DNA from: Planctomycetota bacterium
Lineage (GTDB): Bacteria > Planctomycetota > UBA8108 > JACQVS01
Direction of reading: 5' to 3'
Assembly: GCA_016209605.1 (NCBI GenBank)
Contig: JACQVS010000003.1
Coordinates: 1 to 49,462, forward strand
DNA length: 49,462 nt
The notes under the pieces are model-generated. The model ran no database searches. It was not told the DNA's origin and saw only the letters and a list, made by a program, of their open reading frames with translations. Position numbers and translations under genes: made by a program. Shown one piece after another: positions 1 to 9,296 of this stretch; within the stretch, counting starts at the first letter, position 1, and every line of letters begins with the position of its first letter.

Positions 1-30
1 CTCCGCCCGCAACCCAATAATAACCGCAAA

Positions 31-61
31 GACGCAAAGGACGCAAAGTTAAGACGCAAAG
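31..61. repeat. Three exact copies of the 9-mer GACGCAAAG (31-39, 40-48, 53-61) with a degenerate AACCGCAAA copy at 22-30.
   Basis: Read directly from the sequence. It lies downstream of the minus-strand ORF ending at 131, at the window edge. Confidence 0.5.
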
Positions 62-130
62 CGAATTGGAGAGCGGTCCTGGGACGCCAAGACATCTCCG
101 CAGCCTGCGAAGAAGTTTTGATGATAGCGC

Positions 131-445
131 CTAAAGCAAATCGATGAGGCTGTAATTGATCCACGCCAGCCGTCCGTAAAGCTGAATGGCATTGAGGCTG
201 GGCTTGACCTCCCAGATCCACTCCCAGCTCTCATCGGCCAGGGTAGTGTCATGGCGTTTTTCTCGATGCAGGTCCCGGATCAACGCCGAGTACTGCAAGA
301 GCAGCTCCTTGGGAACGGCCTTGGTCGAGTGCCGCGAGGCGATCAGCTGCAGAGCCTTCTGGCTCAATTCCAGGCAATTCTCCAGCAAGCGTAGGAGGGT
401 TTCTTCTGGAATGACGGTCACGATCGTTACTCCTGAAAACACCAC
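131..445 (-). CDS. Hypothetical small protein (104 aa); HEPN/toxin-like resemblance is not established.
   Basis: ORF with a coherent, non-low-complexity translation. A C-terminal R...H motif (IRDLHREKRHD) resembles HEPN only loosely. Confidence 0.4.
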   Translation of the reverse strand: MVFSGVTIVTVIPEETLLRLLENCLELSQKALQLIASRHSTKAVPKELLLQYSALIRDLHREKRHDTTLADESWEWIWEVKPSLNAIQLYGRLAWINYSLIDLL

Positions 446-578
446 GATTTGAAATCCTTCAAAAAGCCAAGCCCAGCGTCGGGGATTTTAATGAAAATCC
501 TCTGGCCGTACCATAAGATATTGGCCAAATTGGCACTAACATATCTGTCGTTTGCGGTGTCCTGTGGGTTTGAAGCTC

Positions 579-1319
579 ATGATCAAAGTTCTCGTCAACG
601 GAGCGAAAGGGCGGATGGGAAGCTTGGTGGCGTCAACGGTGCGCGGGGACTCCAGCCTGCAACTGGTGGGCGAGACCGATCTGGGCGATGACTTGCGGGC
701 CAGGATCCTGGCCGCCCAGGCTGAAGTGGTGGTGGACTTCACGCATCCGGATGCGGCCGCGAAAAACACTGAAATAATCTTTCAGGCCGGAGCTCATCCG
801 GTAGTGGGGACGACCGGATTCAAGCCGGAGGAGATCCAGCGCCTCCAGGAGCTGGCCAGCCGACTGGGGCGGGGCGGTCTCATCGCCCCCAACTTCGCCA
901 TCGGTGTGATCTTGATGATGAAGTTCGCCGCCGAGGCGGCGCGGTACTTCCCGGATCTAGAGATCATTGAATTGCACCACAATCAGAAGGCCGATGCCCC
1001 CTCCGGCACGGCTATCAAAACGGCCGAGTGGATCCATGCCAAGCGCGACCAGAAGCCGCAAGGCTCTTTAGTACATGAAAAGCAAACCATTCCGGGGGTA
1101 AGGGGAGGACGTTGCCAGGAAATTCCCATCCACAGCGTGCGCTTGCCGGGAATGGTCGCTCATCAGGAGGTGCTCTTGGGTGGGCAGGGTCAGTTCTTGA
1201 CCATCCGGCACGACGCCTTGTCGAGGGAGTGCTACATGCCAGGGGTGCTGCTGGCGATCAAGAGGGTGAAGGGCTTGAAGGGCCTGATGTACGGTCTGGA
1301 AAACATTTTAGAGCTATAA
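579..1319 (+). CDS. dapB: 4-hydroxy-tetrahydrodipicolinate reductase (DapB).
   Basis: N-terminus MIKVLVNGAKGRMG (NAD-binding) and the DapB signature ELHHNQKADAPSGTA. The ATG at 579 is preferred over the TTG at 552 used by the ORF track. Confidence 0.9.
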   Translation: MIKVLVNGAKGRMGSLVASTVRGDSSLQLVGETDLGDDLRARILAAQAEVVVDFTHPDAAAKNTEIIFQAGAHPVVGTTGFKPEEIQRLQELASRLGRGGLIAPNFAIGVILMMKFAAEAARYFPDLEIIELHHNQKADAPSGTAIKTAEWIHAKRDQKPQGSLVHEKQTIPGVRGGRCQEIPIHSVRLPGMVAHQEVLLGGQGQFLTIRHDALSRECYMPGVLLAIKRVKGLKGLMYGLENILEL

Positions 1320-1368
1320 GATTTTCTAGAACAGCTCCGCCGCAAGCCGACGAGTTCGTCATCAATTT

Positions 1369-2775
1369 TTAGATGCCCTTTTCCATCGGCAGGAGCTGGA
1401 AGGAGGGCTCTTCGTAGAATTCGCAGCCCAGGTATGGCGAGCCCTCGGGGTCAGGGCCCAGGTCCGGGAACGGCGAGGCTGGAGGCGCGCCGCCGGCGTA
1501 AAGGTGGCTGAGGAGCAGGATGGAATCGCTGATGTCGACGCTGCCGTTGTCATCGATATCGGCCGTCTCGAAGCAGCGGATTTGATCCGAGCCCGCGAAG
1601 ATCGCTTGCAGGATGGCGAGGACATCGGCGAGATCAACGATCCGCGAACCGTTGGGATCTCCTCGGATGAACTGCCGAGGCAGGATGTAGATATGCCCTT
1701 CCTTGATGAAGACATGCTTATCGTCCGCGGAGGGGCCCTGATCCACGGCTCCTCCGCCATCCAGGTTGAGGAAGCGCGGCACCAGGTTCAAAACTCCCGC
1801 CGGCGGCAGGCCGTTTTCTTCCGGCTTGAATTCGAAGTGTAGGTCCAAGATGTGCTCGCGGAGGAGCTGCGGGTAGTAGCTGTTCTTGAACAAGACTGAG
1901 ATCGCGGCCTTTGGGCTGCCGGGCTGGCTACCATCGTTCTCGAACCACTGGATCTGATCAATCAAGGCCCCGTATTTACTTCTTGCTGGAGTCACGTCGA
2001 GCAGCAGGAGAGACAGCTCGTCATAGTCCAATCCCATGGTGAAGAGGACGGGCTCGGCCTGGAGATGGGTGACATAAACCGGCACTGTGAAGATCTGCCG
2101 GTCCGGCGTTATGATCCCCGATCCGAGCTCCAAGATGTCTTGCAAGTAGATGGTGATCGAGCCGCTCCAGAGCTGCGGAGATATCTGGAAGCCGTTCTCG
2201 AAGGCGAAGAAGGTTTCCGCCGGAATGAAATTCAACGCGGCGCTCAGCCGGTAAGCGTACTCCAGTGCCAGCGGCCATTGCAGCCATGGAGCGAGCTGGA
2301 ATTGCAGCCAGACCAGGACCTCTTCGCGGTCCACGGCCCTCTCCGGATTGAACTGCACGGTCATGGAGATCAGGCCATCAAACGAGTTGACCTCGAAGTC
2401 TGCGACCGCATCGCCGGACGCCTTGTCGAGGGACCAGATCGGCGTGCGCAAGAGCAGCTCATCGTAATCGAGGCCGATGTGCAAGGTGGTGCTCTGGCCG
2501 TTGTGCTTGAAATAAATCGGCACCGAGATGAAATCCCCCGTGGTTCTCAGGGCGGTCAGATCCGAGGGGATCTTCACCACGAAAGGATTGGCCTTCTGAT
2601 CGATCTCGTTGTCTTTGAGGGCTTGGGCTTGAGCGCTATTCCAGGCGGAAAGAATCCCATTGAAGGAGGCGAGGGAGAAAAGGAAGAGGAGGAGAAAGAA
2701 GAAGTCGGCAAAACAAAATACGGCCCGCGGTGAGACCGGGAGTGAAAAACGTCGGGAAAGATTCCCGGTCTTCAT
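1369..2775 (-). CDS. Secreted or membrane-anchored protein with an internally duplicated N-terminal domain and a C-terminal type-I dockerin-like module.
   Basis: Hydrophobic signal/anchor (FADFFFLLLFLFSLASF). Internal repeat (TTLHIGLDYDELLL vs FTMGLDYDELSLLLL). Two Ca-binding dockerin loops at the C-terminus (RGDPNGSRIVDLADVLAILQ and DIDDNGSVDISDSILLLSHLY). Start chosen at MKTGN (2775); alternatives are 2823 and 2895. Confidence 0.6.
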   Translation of the reverse strand: MKTGNLSRRFSLPVSPRAVFCFADFFFLLLFLFSLASFNGILSAWNSAQAQALKDNEIDQKANPFVVKIPSDLTALRTTGDFISVPIYFKHNGQSTTLHIGLDYDELLLRTPIWSLDKASGDAVADFEVNSFDGLISMTVQFNPERAVDREEVLVWLQFQLAPWLQWPLALEYAYRLSAALNFIPAETFFAFENGFQISPQLWSGSITIYLQDILELGSGIITPDRQIFTVPVYVTHLQAEPVLFTMGLDYDELSLLLLDVTPARSKYGALIDQIQWFENDGSQPGSPKAAISVLFKNSYYPQLLREHILDLHFEFKPEENGLPPAGVLNLVPRFLNLDGGGAVDQGPSADDKHVFIKEGHIYILPRQFIRGDPNGSRIVDLADVLAILQAIFAGSDQIRCFETADIDDNGSVDISDSILLLSHLYAGGAPPASPFPDLGPDPEGSPYLGCEFYEEPSFQLLPMEKGI

Positions 2776-2895
2776 GAAGAGAGTTCTGAAATGCAGCCGC
2801 CTAAACGGCGTCGCTCGATTCATGATGATCGCGATTTGATAAGACCGTAAGCTTGCAAAATTCTTCCGTACAATGCCTGAACCATGAGCCGACAA

Positions 2896-3060
2896 GGTCG
2901 GACTCTTTTTCAGAGCGATCCTCCGTCGATCAAAAGGGGGCCTATTTGTGATAAATAAGATTAAGTTCTAATTTTACGACTTTTTCGGGTTTCGTCAATA
3001 AGGCATCTGGCCTTCCCGCCAACTTTTTCCAGATTTTCTGTTTACCCTGGAGGAGTGTGG
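2896..3060. promoter_or_regulatory. AT-rich divergent promoter region; candidate -35/-10 TTGTGA-N17-TAATTT at 2946-2974 and a GGAGG RBS at 3049-3053.
   Basis: Local GC drop between divergent genes; hexamer assignment is by eye only. Confidence 0.3.
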
Positions 3061-4074
3061 ATGTTAGATAAACCGCTCATGGACATCCGCAGTTTGCTCA
3101 AGGAGTACGCCCAGCAGGTCGAGGATCTCCTCGCCCGGGAGATGCCGCCGGGTTCGGCGCCGTATATCTCCGAGGGCGTCTGGTACCAGTTTTCCAGCGG
3201 CGGGAAGCGGATCCGGCCGGCCCTCTGTCTTCTCACCTGCGCGCAGCTCGGAGGCGATCCGAAAAAGGCGCTGCCCTTTGCCCTGGCGGCGGAGATCCTC
3301 CACAATTTCCTGTTGATTCACGATGACATTGAAGATGGGGACACCATCCGCCGGGATCAAAAGACCTTGTGGGCTCACCTGGGCGTCGCCAATGCCATAA
3401 ATGTCGGGGACTTTTTGATTTCCAGCGCGTATCGCATCCTCCTCGGATCGCCCCTCGAGGCCAAGCGCCTCCTCCAGCTGGTGGATATCTTTTCCATGAC
3501 TTTTCAGCGCACCGTCGAAGGGCAAGCGCTGGACATCAACCTGCGCGGCTCGGAAACCTTGACCCTCGAGGGGTACTACCGGATCGTCCAGCTCAAGACC
3601 GCTTACTACCTCACCTTCAACCTGGTCGGCGGGGCCGTGGTCGCGGGGATCAGCAGCCAGGTCATCGATCAGCTCTGGGAGCTGGGCCGCTGCCTGGGGC
3701 CGGCCTTTCAGATCCGCGACGACACCATCGACATGACCGAGGGGAAAGGGCGCGGCGGCGAGATCGGTTGCGACATTCGCGAGGGGAAGCCGAGCATCTT
3801 CTTCGCTTACGCCCTGGAGCGGATTCCCCGCGGCGACCCCCGCCGGCGCACGCTGCTCGAGATCATCCGCAAGCCGCGCGGAGAGACCACGCCGCGCGAG
3901 GTCGACACGGTCATTCAGCTTTACAGGAGCATCAAAGCTTTTGAGTTTGCCGAGGAGGAGTCCAAAAAACTGCTCCAGCAGGCTTTTGACATCATCGACC
4001 GCCTGCCGCTGGAGTCCAAGGGCAAGGAGCTTTTCCGTTCGATCGGGCAGTTCATGATCGAGCGCCAGAGCTGA
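3061..4074 (+). CDS. Polyprenyl diphosphate synthase (trans-isoprenyl diphosphate synthase family, e.g. GGPP/FPP synthase).
   Basis: First aspartate-rich motif LIHDDIEDGDTIRR and second motif FQIRDDTIDM. GGAGG sits 7 nt upstream of the ATG at 3061. Confidence 0.9.
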   Translation: MLDKPLMDIRSLLKEYAQQVEDLLAREMPPGSAPYISEGVWYQFSSGGKRIRPALCLLTCAQLGGDPKKALPFALAAEILHNFLLIHDDIEDGDTIRRDQKTLWAHLGVANAINVGDFLISSAYRILLGSPLEAKRLLQLVDIFSMTFQRTVEGQALDINLRGSETLTLEGYYRIVQLKTAYYLTFNLVGGAVVAGISSQVIDQLWELGRCLGPAFQIRDDTIDMTEGKGRGGEIGCDIREGKPSIFFAYALERIPRGDPRRRTLLEIIRKPRGETTPREVDTVIQLYRSIKAFEFAEEESKKLLQQAFDIIDRLPLESKGKELFRSIGQFMIERQS

Positions 4075-4093
4075 TCGGGTCCGCCCATCGCCA

Positions 4094-7000
4094 ATGAATA
4101 CTCTTTCCATCCATGGAGCCGGCGAGCACAACCTCAAGAACATCTCCCTGGAGGTGCCGCGCTGCCGGCTCACCGTCTTCACCGGCGTCAGCGGCTCGGG
4201 GAAGTCGAGCCTGGTCTTCGACACCATTTACCGGGAGGGCCAGCGCCGCTACCTGGAGTCGCTCCCCGGCTATGCCCGCCGGTTCCTAGGGGCATTCGAA
4301 CGGCCGCGGATCGACCGCCTCGAGGGGTTGTCGCCGGCCATCGCCATCGAAGCGAGGACTGCCGGCCGCAGCCCTCGCTCCACGGTCGGGACGGTGACCG
4401 AAATCCACGACCATCTGCGCCTGCTTTTCGCCCGGCTCGGAACGCCCCATTGCCCGAGCTGCCGCCGCGCCGTCCAGTCGCAAACTGCCGATCAGATCTG
4501 CGGTCAGATCCTGGCCCAATGCTCCGGGAAGAACGCCTGGCTCTGCGCCCCGGTGGTGCGCCGGCAGCGCGGGGAGCATCGCCGGATCCTGGAGGAGTTG
4601 AAGCAGGCGGGATTCGTTCGCCTGCGCATCGATGGCGGACTGGCCCGCCTGGCGGCCGCCCGGCCCGGGGAAGAAGTTCCCCTGCCAGCCTTGCCCCGCC
4701 GCCAGGCCCACACCCTTGAAATCGTCTTCGACCGCCTGGAAATCGGCCACCGGAGCCGAAGCCGCCTGGCGGAAGGAGTAGAACGATGCCTCGCCCTGGC
4801 GTCCGGGCTCGTGAACGTGGTGGTGGAGGGGGAGGAGCCGGAAGAGCGCCTCTTCAACCAGAAGCTCGCCTGCCCGAGGTGCGGCCTCAACTTGCCGGTG
4901 ATCGAGCCGCGCCTCTTCTCCTTCAATTCGCCGGCGGGCGCTTGCCCGAAGTGCGGCGGCCTCGGCGCGGTTTCCGAGGCCGTTTGCTCCGCCTGCGGCG
5001 GCCGCCGGCTGCGGCCGGAGGCGCTCAGCGTTCTCATCGGCGGGCGGGCCATCGCGGACCTGAGCGCGCTGACCGTGGAGGCGCTGCGCCAGTTCTTGAG
5101 GGGACTGGCCTTCGAGGGGACTCGAGCCCAGATCGGACAGCCGATTCTCAAGGAGCTGGACGCGCGCCTGGGCTTCCTGACCGAGGTCGGCCTGCCGTAC
5201 CTGTCCCTCGACCGCCGGGCGAGCACGCTCGCCGGCGGCGAGCTGCAGCGCGTGCGCCTCGCGAGCCAGGTGGGCTCCGGCCTCCAGGGTCTGGTGGTGG
5301 TGCTCGATGAACCTTCCATCGGCCTCCATCCCCGGGATCACGGCCGCCTCCTGGACGCCCTGCGCCGCCTGCGCGATCGGGGCAACACCGTCCTGGTGGT
5401 CGAGCACGACCGGGCCTTCATGGAGGCCGCCGACCATCTGGTCGACCTGGGTCCGGGCGCCGGAAGGGAGGGCGGCCAGGTGGTGGCGCAGGGGAGCCTG
5501 GCAGATCTCGCCGCCGAAAGCCGCTCCATCACCGGCGCGTACCTTGCCGGGCGGCGGCAAGTCCCCATCCCCGAGACGCGGCGCCCGCCGGGGGAGAAGT
5601 GGCTGGAGGTCCGCGGCGCCCGGCTTCACAACCTGAAGGGACTGGACGTCCGCATTCCGCTGGGGCTCCTCGTCGCCGTCACCGGCGTCTCAGGATCGGG
5701 AAAGTCGACCCTGGTGGCGGAGGTGCTCAAGCCGGCCCTCGAGGCCAGGCGGCGCGGTGGCAGGAAGACCCTGGCCGGCTGCCGGGACCTCCGCGGCGGC
5801 GAATGGATCGATCAGGTGGTGGAGGTGGATCAAAATCCCATTGGACGCAGCTCGCGCTCGTGCGCCGCGACCAGCACCGGAATTCTCGAGGCCATCCGCC
5901 CGCTGTTCGCGCGCGCTCCCCTCGCCCTGGCGCGCGGCTACGGCGCCGGCCGCTTCAGCTTCAACGCCGATCCGGGCCGCTGCTTCAACTGCAAGGGGGC
6001 GGGCCGGCTGGAGGTGGAGATGGAGCTCCTGCCGCCGGTGGAGATCCCCTGCGAGGAGTGCCAGGGAAAACGCTTCAACCGCGAGACCCTGGAGGTTCTT
6101 TACCGGGGGAGGAGCATCGCCGAGGTGCTCGGGCTGACGGTGGAGGAGGCGAGGGATTTCTTCCACGACCAGCCGGGGATCGCGAAGATCCTGGAACGGC
6201 TCCAGCAGCTCGGCCTCGGCTACCTCCAGCTCGGCCAGCCGGCGTCGGCGCTCTCGGGGGGCGAGGCTCAGCGCCTCCGGCTGGCGCGCGAGCTCGAGCG
6301 GCCCGATGGCGGGCGGACGCTCTATCTCCTCGACGAGCCGACCACCGGGCTTCACTTTGACGACCTCGCCAGGCTTCTCGCCGCCCTCCAAGAGCTGGTG
6401 AACCGCGGCAGCACGGTGCTGGTGGTCGAACACAATCTCGAGATGGTTCAAGCGGCGGACTGGGTGATTGACCTTGGACCGGAGAGCGGCGAGGCCGGTG
6501 GAGAGGTCGTGGCCGAGGGGCCGCCGGAGCAGATCGCCGCGGCGCCCCGCTCTCACACCGGCCGGGCTCTGGCGGAAGCGGCCCGCCGCCGGCTTGCCGG
6601 CGCCGCTCGAGAAAAGGCCGGCCCGGCCGCTCGGCCTGCGGAAGGAGAGAAGGAGGTTCCGGGGCGGGACCTCCAGGTTTGGGGAGCGGCGCAGCACAAC
6701 TTGAAGTTTATCGATATCCGCATTCCGAGGGACCGGCTGACGGTGATCACCGGCGTCTCGGGCTCGGGGAAGTCGTCTTTGGCCATCGACACCTTGTTTG
6801 CCGAAGGGCGGCGGCAGTTTCTCGAATCGCTCTCGATCTACGCCCGGCAGTTGGTTGGCAAGATCTCGCCTGCCCGGGTGGAGCGCCTCGAGGGCTTGAT
6901 GCCGGCAATTGCCATCGATCAAAAAGGCGCCTCCCGGCACCCGCATTCGACCGTCGCCACCTGGAGCGAGGTCTACGACTATCTCCGGCTCCTCTTCGCC

Positions 7001-9274
7001 AAGGCCGGCGAACCTCATTGCCCCGCCTGCGGGGCGGCGCTCCAATCCGCCACCTCCAGCCGCCTGGCAGCGGAGCTGGTCGAGGCGCTGGCTGGAAAGC
7101 GCGGTTACATTCTGGCGCCGCTCCTCCCGGGCCTCGATCGGCTGAAGGAGTCTCTTAACCGCGCCGCCGCGGCGCAGGAAGGGATCGGTCATCCCGAGAA
7201 CCAGCTTCTCGACCGGTTCATTGATCATCACCTGCAGCAGGGCTACACGCGCTTTCACATCGGCGGCGAGGAGATGCGGTTCGAGGCCGGCTCCAGCGCC
7301 GCGCTGCTGGCGCTCCGGCGGCTGCTGGCGAAGTCTCCCGGCCCGGCCCCCGCGCTCGAGGAAGCCGGCGTGGTCATCGACCGGGTGGTTTTCGAGGAAG
7401 CGGAGCGATCGCGGATCGCCGGGTCCCTGGAGCGGGCCTTCGAGCAGGGGGGCGGGTGGGCGCTGGTGCGAACGGAGGATGGGGCGGCGAGCCGGCACTC
7501 GCAGTGGCCGGCCTGCCCGCTGGGGCACTTCGCCTTGAAGGAAGAGCTGGCGCCGCGGCTCTTCTCATTCAGCAGCCTGCTCGGCGCCTGCCCGGCCTGC
7601 CATGGGACGGGGCTGGAAGAAGAAAACCCTTGCGCCCTGTGCCGGGGGGCGCGGCTGCGGCCGGAGTCGCTGCGGGTGCGGGTCGGCGGCAGGAACATCG
7701 CCGAAGTCGCCGCCTTGACGGTGGAGGAGGCGGTGAGATTCTTCGACCGGCTCGAGATCGGCGGGCAGAGAGGCGCCATCGCTTCCCCTCTGCTGCGCGA
7801 AATCCGCCAGCGCCTTTCGTTCCTCAGGACAGTGGGCCTGGGGTACCTGCAGCTCGAGCGGCGCTCCAGCACCCTTTCCGGCGGCGAGGCGCAGCGGCTC
7901 CGCCTGGCCTCGCAGCTCGGGAACCGCCTGGTGGGGGTGCTCTACGTCCTCGATGAGCCGACCATCGGGCTCCACCCGCGCGACACGGGGAGGCTCATCG
8001 CCACCTTGAAGGAGCTGCGCGACCTCGGCAACACCCTGGCGGTGGTGGAGCATGACCGCGAGGTCCTGGCGCAGGCGGACTGGCTCATCGAGCTCGGCCC
8101 CGGCGCCGGCCCGCGGGGCGGCGAGCTGGTGGCCGCGGGGCCGCTGGCAGAAGTATTACGGTCGCCGGCCTCCCTCACCGCCAAGTATCTGCGCGGGGAG
8201 CTGCAAGTCGGTCCGCTGGATAAGCCTCCCCGTCCCGGTCGCGGACACTTGATCGTTCATGGCGCCAGGTCGCACAACTTGAAAGGCCTCGAGGCGCGAT
8301 TCCCGCTGGGGGCGCTCGTGGCGGTGACCGGCGTTTCCGGATCCGGGAAATCCACTCTGGTCCTGGACCTTCTGGCGGAGTGGCTGCGGCGGCGCTTGAA
8401 GAAAGAGCGCAGCGGCTCTTTCCATCCTCAGCTGGAGGCGCGGCGTTTAGGCTGCGACGGCGTGAGCGGAGCAGGCGCGGTGAAGCGTCTGGTGGTGGTG
8501 GATCCGATGCCCCTTGGCCGCACGCCGCGCTCCTGCCCGGCCACTTACACCGGCATCTGGGACCTGGTGCGCGCTTTTTACGCCAGCCTTCCGGCCGCCC
8601 GGGTGAAGGGATTCGGGGCGGAGCGATTCAGCACGAATCGGGCGGGTGGACGCTGCGAGTCCTGCAAGGGGGAGGGGGCGCTCGAGGTGGAGATGCGCTT
8701 TCTCGCCGACGTGCGGGTGACCTGCGACGCCTGCCGGGGCGAGCGCTTTGATCAGGAAACGCTGGCGGTGCGGTACAAGGGCTTGAGCGCCGGCGACCTC
8801 CTGCGCCTCGAGATCGACCGGGCGCTGGAGATTTTCGAGAACCATCCCGGCATCCGCGCGCGCCTCGAGGTTCTCCGCGAGGTCGGCCTGGGCTACCTGC
8901 AGCTCGGACAGCCGGCGAGCACGCTTTCAGGCGGCGAGGCGCAGCGGGTCAAGCTGGCCGCGGAGCTGGCGCGGCGCCAGACCGATGGAGCGCTCTATAT
9001 CCTCGATGAGCCGACCACCGGGCTCCACTTCGAGGACGTGAAGAAGCTGCTCCTCCTCCTCGACCGCCTGGTCGAGGGCGGTTCCACGGCCATCGTCATC
9101 GAACACCACCTCGAGGTGATCGCCGCGAGCGACTGGGTGATCGACCTCGGCCCCGAGGGCGGCGAGGCCGGCGGTCGCATCGTCGCCGAGGGGACGCCGG
9201 CGGAGGTGGCGCGCTGCGAAGCGAGCCACACCGGCCAGGCGCTGAGGAAGCTCCGGGACGGCCGGGGGCATTGA
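4094..9274 (+). CDS. uvrA: Tandem-duplicated UvrA-family ABC ATPase (two complete UvrA units fused; four nucleotide-binding modules).
   Basis: Four Walker A boxes (GVSGSGKSSL/STL x4) and four ABC signature motifs (LSGGELQR.../LSGGEAQR... x4, each followed by LDEP). Zn-finger CxxC pairs are kept in each half (CPSCRR, CPRCG, CPKCGG, CSACGG; CPACG, CPACHG, CALCRG; CFNCKG/CEEC; CESCKG/CDAC). N-terminus MNTLSIHGAGEHNLKN is typical UvrA. Confidence 0.9.
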   Translation: MNTLSIHGAGEHNLKNISLEVPRCRLTVFTGVSGSGKSSLVFDTIYREGQRRYLESLPGYARRFLGAFERPRIDRLEGLSPAIAIEARTAGRSPRSTVGTVTEIHDHLRLLFARLGTPHCPSCRRAVQSQTADQICGQILAQCSGKNAWLCAPVVRRQRGEHRRILEELKQAGFVRLRIDGGLARLAAARPGEEVPLPALPRRQAHTLEIVFDRLEIGHRSRSRLAEGVERCLALASGLVNVVVEGEEPEERLFNQKLACPRCGLNLPVIEPRLFSFNSPAGACPKCGGLGAVSEAVCSACGGRRLRPEALSVLIGGRAIADLSALTVEALRQFLRGLAFEGTRAQIGQPILKELDARLGFLTEVGLPYLSLDRRASTLAGGELQRVRLASQVGSGLQGLVVVLDEPSIGLHPRDHGRLLDALRRLRDRGNTVLVVEHDRAFMEAADHLVDLGPGAGREGGQVVAQGSLADLAAESRSITGAYLAGRRQVPIPETRRPPGEKWLEVRGARLHNLKGLDVRIPLGLLVAVTGVSGSGKSTLVAEVLKPALEARRRGGRKTLAGCRDLRGGEWIDQVVEVDQNPIGRSSRSCAATSTGILEAIRPLFARAPLALARGYGAGRFSFNADPGRCFNCKGAGRLEVEMELLPPVEIPCEECQGKRFNRETLEVLYRGRSIAEVLGLTVEEARDFFHDQPGIAKILERLQQLGLGYLQLGQPASALSGGEAQRLRLARELERPDGGRTLYLLDEPTTGLHFDDLARLLAALQELVNRGSTVLVVEHNLEMVQAADWVIDLGPESGEAGGEVVAEGPPEQIAAAPRSHTGRALAEAARRRLAGAAREKAGPAARPAEGEKEVPGRDLQVWGAAQHNLKFIDIRIPRDRLTVITGVSGSGKSSLAIDTLFAEGRRQFLESLSIYARQLVGKISPARVERLEGLMPAIAIDQKGASRHPHSTVATWSEVYDYLRLLFAKAGEPHCPACGAALQSATSSRLAAELVEALAGKRGYILAPLLPGLDRLKESLNRAAAAQEGIGHPENQLLDRFIDHHLQQGYTRFHIGGEEMRFEAGSSAALLALRRLLAKSPGPAPALEEAGVVIDRVVFEEAERSRIAGSLERAFEQGGGWALVRTEDGAASRHSQWPACPLGHFALKEELAPRLFSFSSLLGACPACHGTGLEEENPCALCRGARLRPESLRVRVGGRNIAEVAALTVEEAVRFFDRLEIGGQRGAIASPLLREIRQRLSFLRTVGLGYLQLERRSSTLSGGEAQRLRLASQLGNRLVGVLYVLDEPTIGLHPRDTGRLIATLKELRDLGNTLAVVEHDREVLAQADWLIELGPGAGPRGGELVAAGPLAEVLRSPASLTAKYLRGELQVGPLDKPPRPGRGHLIVHGARSHNLKGLEARFPLGALVAVTGVSGSGKSTLVLDLLAEWLRRRLKKERSGSFHPQLEARRLGCDGVSGAGAVKRLVVVDPMPLGRTPRSCPATYTGIWDLVRAFYASLPAARVKGFGAERFSTNRAGGRCESCKGEGALEVEMRFLADVRVTCDACRGERFDQETLAVRYKGLSAGDLLRLEIDRALEIFENHPGIRARLEVLREVGLGYLQLGQPASTLSGGEAQRVKLAAELARRQTDGALYILDEPTTGLHFEDVKKLLLLLDRLVEGGSTAIVIEHHLEVIAASDWVIDLGPEGGEAGGRIVAEGTPAEVARCEASHTGQALRKLRDGRGH

Positions 9275-9296
9275 TGTCAAGCGGCCATCCATTTGC

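Noticed and set aside
449-691. 80-aa plus-strand ORF overlapping the dapB start.
   Set aside because: Overlaps the dapB 5' end in another frame, has a Gly/Arg-rich tail and no RBS logic. dapB is better started at the ATG at 579.
3064-4227. 387-aa minus-strand ORF overlapping the polyprenyl synthase.
   Set aside because: Shadow ORF; the sense strand carries both DDxxD motifs.
5690-7528. Long minus-strand ORFs (612 aa, plus 447-aa and 271-aa neighbours) antisense to the UvrA-family gene.
   Set aside because: Arg/Pro/Ala/Gly-rich junk translations typical of GC-rich antisense frames, fully nested in a gene with strong motif support.
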